A stretch of DNA of 43,397 nt, filler included, from Jimgerdemannia flammicorona (Eukaryota): NCBI GenBank assembly GCA_003990765.1. It is 2 parts of 2 records of this genome, joined end to end, with 100 filler letters (N's around TTAATTAATTAA, not from the genome) between each part and the next. Parts side by side here need not be neighbours in the genome. Positions count along the whole stretch, not along the records: positions 21,750 to 43,397 come from RBNJ01001415.1; 1 more part is not named here. The stretch is one strand, 5' to 3'. The position numbers and the translations under genes are program-made. Shown here one piece after another: positions 35,224 through 43,397 of the stretch. Position 1 is the stretch's first letter. The number at the start of each line of letters is the position of its first letter. The notes under the pieces are model-generated. The model worked only from the letters and a program-made list of their open reading frames with translations. It was not told the DNA's origin and did no database searches.

Positions 35224-36349
35224 ATGGGAGGGTGCTTTTGGGTTTCAAAAGTTGCGGTTAGGTTTTTGACGGTCCAGTGGGAGCAGAAGGTATTTATTAC
35301 GAGGAAATGTGGGGCAGCATATTTTTTGCTCAGCCACGCTATTGGCTGGCCTCCCGATGACAAATTTGCTAAGCATCCATGCCGCCCACTGCCCTACGAC
35401 GCGGATTCTCTGCTTACATACTCGACTCTCACATACTGTGCCTGTATGTGTCCTCGAAACAATCAAACCGCCGTTCTCGGCATCTTGGGGATCTCTTCCC
35501 ACCCACACATCCGCGATTTGACCAACTCTGCAGGGGAACCTGGATGACAGTCTGCCGCATCATGTGAATCTCGCCAACCAAATCGTGGCGCAGCAATCCT
35601 TTTCTTTCCTTTTCGTCGTCACGGAAATCACCATCTCAGATTTAAAGCTCTAAATTAATCGATATCTGTTATAAGTTATATTACAGGTTATTATTAGTAA
35701 TAAAAGGATTATATATAAAATATAGTATTTTATGTAATTTAATATAAACTATAACTCCAAATATTTAAATATTATTACTCAATATTTTAAATTAGCTATA
35801 AGTTGATTTTTTATTTTTATTTTTATTTTTTATGAATAGTTCTTTTTTAAATCAATAATGAAATGAAACTTTATAATAATATAGCAAAATAATTTAAAAA
35901 TATATCAGAATATTTTTTATTAGTTTAATTATAAATATAACTTTGTTTAATCTGAGTTACTTTGTATGTACTTTTAGTTTAGGCCTTTTAATATTACTAT
36001 TATATTATAATTTTTATTTTAAACATAATATTAATAAGTAAATTACTCTATTATTATATATTTCAAAATAAAATATTTAGTAAACATTATAATATATATT
36101 TCAGCTATTTTACAAATACTCAAGTAGCATACTAAACTATCATGAAAGCTAAAGTTGAGTCAAATTTATACATAATAGTTATGGTGGGAAGTCACGAAGT
36201 GACACTGACTCACGTATCAACTGCAACGTCCGCTCTGACAGCTTTACATCGAGCGAGTTGTCTTATTTGTTTTGACGTTTAGACAATTATTTGGAGTCAA
36301 GTGAAATTTCAGACAGTTTGTCGGAGGTATATAACTCAGTTTTTCATGC

Positions 36350-38430
36350 TAGAATTATTTGGTCGCCTAGCTCATCCAAAACACTTTACATGAACCTAGA
36401 AAGCGTCTGGACCAAAGTTCCGTTAAGCGAAGTCAAAGATGTGGATGACATTAAGACAGAAACCGAAACCAAGACACCCATCATTGACAAATACGGTGCT
36501 AGCCAACCCATTTTCAAGGCTACAAGTCAATGATGTTAGTCAAATGCACAATAAAAACCTTGTCTCCATCCTCAAAGACTTCAACGTGGAAGGTCCACTT
36601 GAAGATATTGCCGCGTAATGAAGCACTTCCGGATAAATGGCCCAGTCTATACTGTTTTCACCATTTTTCTCATTGTCATTGCGTTCTTGACCAATTACTT
36701 TTCTTTCATTTTTTGACTTGTACAAAGTCCCTATGAAAGAAAGCGTGAGCAAGAGGAAAGTGGTTCCAAGCAAGATCCAAAAAATCCTTGGTGCCCAGAG
36801 CATTTCAGAGGCGAGGACGTTCAAGACAATCGCAGAGGACGGCAGGATAGAGCAAATGACCAGGTGTGTATTTTGATAGTGCCACTCAGGCATAATCCGA
36901 TTGCTATTTTTGCACTACACCGCGTCGCTTTGAAAAGTCGGTTTTCCTTGACCTATGCTTTGCGCGTACTACAATATTCACACCGCCGACCACTTCAACG
37001 ACCTGTTCGGTCCGCAAACACCTGGTCATGAAGTTGATCTGTCATCCATCGGATGTCGGTTTCCGGATATGATGAAGATGAATTTTCGTGATGTGAGAGG
37101 ATTTCGTTGTCAAATATCAACAAGAGCTTAGGACATCCAGAAATTGGCAAGGTGATCGATTATAGTGAGTTCCTGTTTCTCTCGTCTTTTGTTGGGTAAA
37201 CACTTGTAATTTATTTATTTAACCTGCTATTATACCTTGGTCGGCTCGCGGAACCATACCGTTTTCGTCGGAGTGGTACATTCAAGAAGTCGCTGAGGTT
37301 GATGAATTTTTCAAGACGAATTTCTTTGCTGTACTCAGAAGCATCAGCAAGCACTTTCTGGCGGGTGTTACCCCTGCATTTTGCGCTGGAATCAGCCCCG
37401 CTTCATGCGACCAGTAGTTTTACGGAGAGCACTACCTTCACAAGGACAATCTGATTATCCATTCTATATGGAAGTTGTACAATGCCAACCCTGGATACGA
37501 CGAATCAGACCCGCAAATTCCTCTTCTCTACAACCCCATCCAATTCGCCGAGTTAAATAGGCACCAATCCTAGAAAATACACTGTACACATCTTCTCTGA
37601 CATTGGAGAGTTCTCTGCGAAAGATCTTGTCAAACAGCTAATGTATGGATCGATTGAAGCGAAATTCAAGGCTAAATTTGACTACGTCGATCTTCTCAGC
37701 ATCGGGAAAAAGCAGGACCGAGGTATATGTTTTTCCTACGCACTTTATACCCTATCAGCCCAGGCAGAATACCAATAGTAATAATAATAACATCGACTTT
37801 TCCAGGTCATGGAAAGAATATATCTGCGGGTTGATGATGACATCACCTGATAGGTGCAAATTCTTAGGAGGCAATGTAAACGACTTCAAGAACCCTCTGC
37901 AGACCTTATGGAAAAAGACGCCGAGGTTACTGCGGACTACGAACGAGACGGTACTCCAAGGCATCACCGAGCTCCTAATAAATTTAGTCGTGTGCCTGAG
38001 CTTCACCTCGTGGTTGACGGAACCAAGAAGTATGGGGATGGTCGCTTTCCTCCGATGAACTTTAGAGCTGAGCGGACTCGCGGTGTTGCTAGTTAAATAA
38101 AGGATGTCATGTTATTAGGTCTGTTGAAAGGAGAGACAGGAGAGTGGCATCGACCACTCGACTATTCGGAGTCGGAGAGACTGGAAAAGTAGCTTATGGC
38201 GGAGGATGAGAACAGTCTACTTGCCAGGAAATATATGTATTGGTCAAAGGGCCTAGGCAGATCGGTATCAACGACGGTGGGTGGTGTCATGGAGGGTGGT
38301 GCAGTGCTGAATCTAAAGACAATTGCAAAGGGTGAACCGAAAGAAGGGCTTCTTGGACAAACGAATTACGACCAGGGAGAGACATGATCTCCTGTAAGGA
38401 TACGCCATTATGTCAATTGGGCCTGCTAAG
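36350..38430 (+). pseudogene. Frameshifted gene: Crinkler-like N-terminus, AAA-ATPase-like domain (PF09820/DUF1703-associated type) and C-terminal nuclease-like region
   Basis: Fragments across frames: KVPLSEVKDVDDIKTE; TPRRFEKSVFL (decayed RPRRFGKS Walker A, about 36920); MLCAYYNIHTADHFNDLFG; FFKTNFFAVL...FLAGVTPAF; LLYNP; NETVLQGITELL; RVPELHLVVDGTKKYGDGRF; LLARKYMYWSK. Family assignment is from recalled motifs, not a search. Confidence 0.65.
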
Positions 38431-39505
38431 TCCTGATCTGATGTACACTACTGAAATGATATCGACTTCGAATGAGTATCTATCCTGTATCCGAGTATTT
38501 GCTAAGAGTGAAGTTTAATGTTATCGTTTTTCATCTCAGTCACAATTCACCTGTGTTCATTGATCTGACATCAAATTGAATGTATTGTTAGGAACGGAAC
38601 GTTCAATATTAGACGCGTTGTGCAAGGAGAGGAATTGCAAGCATTACACAATGATAACAACTGTAATACCGATTACTCTGCTCGGTATTAAGTCTTACTA
38701 CAATGCTGAATATTTGTAATACTCGGTGAGCTAGAGCTCCGTATACACCCTCCCGACCGAGTCGCCCCGCTCCTTTACTGCTCAACTCCGGTTATTCAAC
38801 AACTGCGTCTGATTTCCGGTTGTAAAGGTCCGATTTCCATGTCGAATGTTCTCGAATTTGCTTCCGTAGATGCTGGGTTTCCCCATTATATGTCTTCCAT
38901 AGTGCTCCCGAATTCCTTTCTTACGATAGGACCAAACAATGAGGATGCGAAAAGAAAAATCCCGCCAAGGAGGAAGATCGAGTATTTGGCATCCTTTTGT
39001 TAAATCGAAGATTCAAGTTCGATAGCAGTATAGACCAATCCGAAACTGAATCCTGGTGGCACCCATGAGCATGGTTGTGACAATTTCTAAACGAGCGAAT
39101 CATAAAAACCGGCCCGTGCCCTTTCACCATACTTTCCCCACCTTTGTCCATATGCAGTATTCGCAGCAAAGCATTAGCTCCCTACTAATTGTGACTCATA
39201 CTAGGATACTTGCGCAGCCGATGCTGACTGTTGTGACTAAACTCTCCCGTGTCGAACTGTGCCGCCAATATTTTGATGACTATTCACTAATTCCTTTACT
39301 GGATTTTTTTTTTTTTTAGTACGGTGCGGAACTTTTTTCGGCAGCTGTGAGGGTGAAACCGGAAAAAAGGACTTGTGATATTAAAATACTAAAACAGTCT
39401 GTTATGATGATCCAACTTCCCCCAACCCGAAACGCGAAAGTGACACATTCAAACTATGGCTCTGTATTTGGATTAGATTAACTGTGCCTCCAAGTGACTA
39501 CTACT

Positions 39506-39547
<42 letters not shown>

Positions 39548-41016
39548 TTTTTGTTTTTGTTTTTTGAAGCTATCAGCTGCGTGGGACAGCTTTCTTTGAC
39601 AACAATCACATTTTCGCCTCGTGACTCTTAGTCTTGTTAGTTTGAGGCGCAAGATAAATAAGTTACCATTGGCTCTTTCCATCGGTTGATTGCTTAGGAT
39701 GCGACTAGGGGGCTGTTTAATTTCGAGAACGCTGAAAAAACACGCATAATATGAAAAGCACCGATCACACGTTTCCCGAGGGTTTTATTGGTTTGGAATA
39801 ACGTTATTAGGCCAACATATTCGTAGTTGTCTCATTCAGATTGCGCAATCCACGAACCATTCCCGATTTGGGAATTTGTGAATTGTATCGAAGAACGTCC
39901 GTGAATGATCCACCGGTGATGTAACACACTCCGGAGAATAATAAGGACGCCACTGGCACTAATCCATTCTCACTCCCCTAAAGTAAGACCCCACTGAAAA
40001 CGGTCATCCTTGGAAGTAAGAGAAACGGCAGAACCTTCCACTTGGCCACTATGAAGGTTCCAACTTCTCAACAATTGGGTTTATCGAAAGTCTTAGCATT
40101 ACACGGCTTTAAGAGCGGAATTACATGTGATCGTCGAATTTGGCAATGTCCTTCCATGTAATTATATGATATGTAATTTATGTATCATAGTCGTCGTGGA
40201 TATTTATGCTCATCACGGAATTGTATTCTCCGATGGCGATTAGGTGATACTTGGTTATCACCCACCGCTTATTTGCGGTATCAAATCCCGTTATCATGTA
40301 AGGCCTGGCTATCTTCTTATCAAAAGTTGTTTCTTGACAATTAAGCATGACACAAATTTATTCCTATAGGAAATATAGCATGGGCGGGGTATTCATTTTT
40401 GTTTGACAGTCACGCTTCTCTCTTCGTGGGATAGATAGTCAAACGAGACTGGGAGGATTCGGGGGATCTAGGAAACTCTTATCCATCTAGACGCAGATAT
40501 GCATTGTTGACCCGAAGATTTTATTTCGTTTGTGCTGTTTGCGTTGTTTCCCGATTATTAACAAAAAGAAAAAAAGAAAAGATAGCTATACACAGATAAT
40601 TTTTTGTTTTTCTGCTGGTGAGGCATCACAAAAAGAAACACCAATGGAAGTGAGAAAAGGAATATTACAAAGAACAGCGGAAAATACAAATACAGACAAC
40701 CAGAATCTATATAGTGTATGCTATGTTGTAGGCATTGGCTTGTGGAATACTGGTTGCGATGTTAGTAAAAAGAAAACAAAAACACGGAGCAACATCAAAA
40801 AGCAAGAAATTAAATACAAAGCTGAAATGCTTCAAAAAAGAAAAACAAAAAAGGAAAAAAAGGGACAGAGAGGGAGAGAGAAAAGTAAGGCAAAAGTCCA
40901 CCAATCTTCTTTTCTGTACATTATGCGCACACCAATTGCTCATTTGGAAACAGATTGTCTGTTGTCGGAGTGTACATTCGCAACGTTGAAAGGAATCGTC
41001 TGAATGCGAAAATGGG

Positions 41017-41778
41017 CTACGCACACACCAACCAACGACTTCCTTCCCACTCAATCTCCCTCCCCTTATCGCTGTACCACCGCTTTAAAGATGCGAGCCA
41101 CATTGAATCGTCCGCCGCCGATTTCGGTGAATGGAATACGAGCTGCTTGCTGACAACCATAGGTGGGGTCGAGACGGAGCGCTTGGGTGGATCATCCATG
41201 GGGGCAGTGCCGTGAGAATAGTCGAGAGGAGGCAAGAAAACGACCCGTGGAGCTGTCGGGCGAGGAATGTGCAACAGGAACTCGTCGCGGTCCCAGCTAT
41301 AGGGGCTGTCGTTTACGGTATTTGTCAGCTCCGCGGGAACCGAGTCGTCGTTATCGGAGTGGGTCATAACGTCGACAACGCAGGTGTCCATATAGAGCAT
41401 CTGGTCATTGTACACATCATCGTCTTCGTCCTCACCGTCAAGGGGGGCATCCTCCATGTCTTCGTCTTCGAGCTCACCGAGGCAGGCGTCGAGCCATGAC
41501 TGCTCTTCGCTCCTGTGGTCGATCATCACCTCATCGTAGTCAGCTTCATACTGGTCAACGTCGTGGTCGACGCAATCCAGACGAGCGACGAGATGGTCGA
41601 AAAGCAGGTTGTTGATAAGGACGAACTTGCGCAGACCTGTATCGATGCGAGATTGCGCAAACGATGTGAGCTTCGAATGCGAAAGAGTGCTAATGTGCTC
41701 GAACATGTTGGAGTGCTGAGGAGCCGAGCGAGCGTCTTGGACGCCGCTGATTTTGTGCAAGCTTGAGATGGGCGCCAT
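41017..41778 (-). CDS. Intronless 253-aa protein with a SERTA/Ecm13-like N-terminal motif and acidic region
   Basis: First ATG of the 384-codon open frame is at 41778. Motif HISTLSHSKL...DTGLRKFVLINNLL, then a D/E-rich tract with WLDACLGEL. Confidence 0.7.
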   Translation of the reverse strand: MAPISSLHKISGVQDARSAPQHSNMFEHISTLSHSKLTSFAQSRIDTGLRKFVLINNLLFDHLVARLDCVDHDVDQYEADYDEVMIDHRSEEQSWLDACLGELEDEDMEDAPLDGEDEDDDVYNDQMLYMDTCVVDVMTHSDNDDSVPAELTNTVNDSPYSWDRDEFLLHIPRPTAPRVVFLPPLDYSHGTAPMDDPPKRSVSTPPMVVSKQLVFHSPKSAADDSMWLASLKRWYSDKGREIEWEGSRWLVCA

Positions 41779-42200
41779 TGTGCTTGTCGCTGTTGTCGTA
41801 GATGTGCGGAGGTATGTAATATTAATCGTATCCGGAGGGTACTCTTTTAAAGAAGGGGGACGTTGACTGCGGCTGATGATATTTGCGGCGAATGTTTGTT
41901 GTTGCTGTTGCGGAGATAGTGTTGCTGTGTCTTTCAAAAGACAAGATTTGGCAGTGTTTTCCGACGCTTCATCGTTGAGGCGGAATGCTTGAGTGGAGAA
42001 CCCATGGGGGTAATTCCGAAAGGATAGAGTTGGAGGAGGGGTTGTGTGAAGAGCGAGCAGGGAGCCGCTGTTGTTGATGGGTCTGCTTTGTAGTTTGCAG
42101 GAATGCAGAGGCAGGGGGGGGCTTGCGCTTAGCAGGCCATAACTGTGAAAAGTGGGGAGAGGTGCCTGCAACGGATGGGAATCTGGCTCGGTGGCGGCGG

Positions 42201-42323
42201 TGAGTCACTTTATACAGCCCGTTACCCCGCCCGCTGGTCCAGTGCCGATTGGACGCTGACCCCTCCGCCCTTATCGGTCCAGCATCCTATCATGTGATCT
42301 GGATAACCTCCCCCCATGAGTCA
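42201..42323 (-). promoter_or_regulatory. Core promoter elements upstream of the 41778 gene
   Basis: TATAAA at 42214-42209, GC boxes at about 42226-42233 and 42262-42270, CCAAT at about 42252-42248, and TGAGTCA at 42201 and about 42317. Confidence 0.5.
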
Positions 42324-43355
42324 GAGAATAATGTAATTTGTAATTTGTTGTCCATCCGAGAGAGTCAGCGATAACGCCAGCTGACCAGCCGAAGGCGTCA
42401 TCCAATGGTGTCAGATCGTCTTGCTCATGGCGAGCTGGTCAAGGGTACAAGGGTGGTGCGTAATTCATCCCTCTGTTTCTCACTGGCTCTACACATGCGC
42501 TCCTTGAAATTAGCACATTTGTGTGGCGGCGTCTTTTCCCTCCTTCATTGCGTTATCACGCGTGGAAGAGACGGGAGGGACCCCGACAAAACTGGAAAAA
42601 AAGTCACTCACCATGCGGGTAACCTGATAGCGAACCTTCCCCCCCTGACGCAAAAGTAGAAAGTGTGCAGCCCCTTTTCGGGTCCCCGTCCTATATGCCT
42701 AAATGCCAAGCACAAATCATAACGACAGCACTGTGCCACATTTGTAACCGTCAGCAATGGATTCTCAGGGCGGTACCGATGTCAACAATAGGGCTCCTCC
42801 ATCCAGATTGCCGCAGGCGTGGCGCATTTTGTACCAAACAAGTGTGGGTTTCTGACGCCATACGCCGCAGTTCAAGTAACATTCCTTGCAGACAAAGCAA
42901 TACTACACGTAATCTTTGTGCCAACTCTACGAAGGTACGCCTTGACAGGCTCTCATGGACCTGAACCAACCCAAGTTTGGAAGAGGAGCAATTTGTACAA
43001 CCTCTCACGTGGTGTGTTGAATTTGTCCATGGGGTCACGCGCCCTTTGTCCTGACTGCGGTATGACGTCCCAAAATCCAAAATCGCGCGTTGTTCTCTCC
43101 TCCAGTGGATTTCCTGCTTAAATTTAATTGAATGACGGTAGTAATTTCGGATGTCGAGGTTCCCAACCTCCAAAAAAAAAAAAAAAAAAAAAAAAACAGT
43201 ATTAATGACTGAATGCATAAATAGCCACAGTATTTAACAATTTTATAAAATACAGTCGAGCCCTGGGTCATGTTGAAAAGGCATTAAGTACGGATGGCTT
43301 GAGTCAGACTCAAGGCAGGATTGGCCATTACTAGCCCAACACTGCATAAATCAGC

Positions 43356-43397
<42 letters not shown>

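Noticed and set aside
36540..36893. 117-aa minus-strand ORF with hydrophobic segments
   Set aside because: Antisense to the plus-strand pseudogene and has no independent support.
39507..39565. Long poly(T)/poly(A) tracts (also about 24270, 30952, 34016, 43152 and the window end) as retroposon tails
   Set aside because: Frequent throughout the window, including in introns, with no TSD or element body.
40530..41003. 157-aa Lys-rich plus-strand ORF
   Set aside because: Low-complexity A-rich antisense of the probable 3' UTR of the 41017 gene.
41779..42171. N-terminal extension giving a 384-aa ORF
   Set aside because: It starts at TTG about 40 bp below the TATA box and has no ATG before 41778. 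It is most likely 5' UTR, although non-AUG initiation is not excluded.

Overview
Eukaryotic, intron-rich fungal DNA. The gene style and repeat families suggest an early-diverging fungus, probably Mucoromycota (inference only). A 100-bp scaffold gap with an artificial TTAATTAATTAA spacer (21650-21749) splits the window, so the two halves need not be physically adjacent. The left half is a nest of decayed Ty3/Gypsy LTR retrotransposons. A plus-strand chromovirus (10883-21487, LTRs about 2.0 kb, gag-NC-dUTPase-PR-RT-RH-IN-chromodomain in essentially one frame) sits inside the gag of an older minus-strand element (gag-PR-dUTPase-RT-RH-IN, no visible chromodomain, putative 3' LTR about 2.7 kb). Main observation: both elements carry a dUTPase, in different polyprotein positions, and a protein-coding ORF wholly inside U3 of the LTR. 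The two U3 proteins align by eye over about 130 aa, pointing to an uncharacterised LTR-encoded accessory gene family. The copy in the chromovirus 3' LTR (365 aa) is still open. The right half holds ordinary genes: an ACC-synthase-like aminotransferase, an SDR, cytosolic TyrRS with an EMAP II-like C-domain, pirin, a decayed Crinkler-like/AAA-ATPase-like/nuclease gene and a SERTA/Ecm13-like motif protein. All translations and alignments were done by hand.
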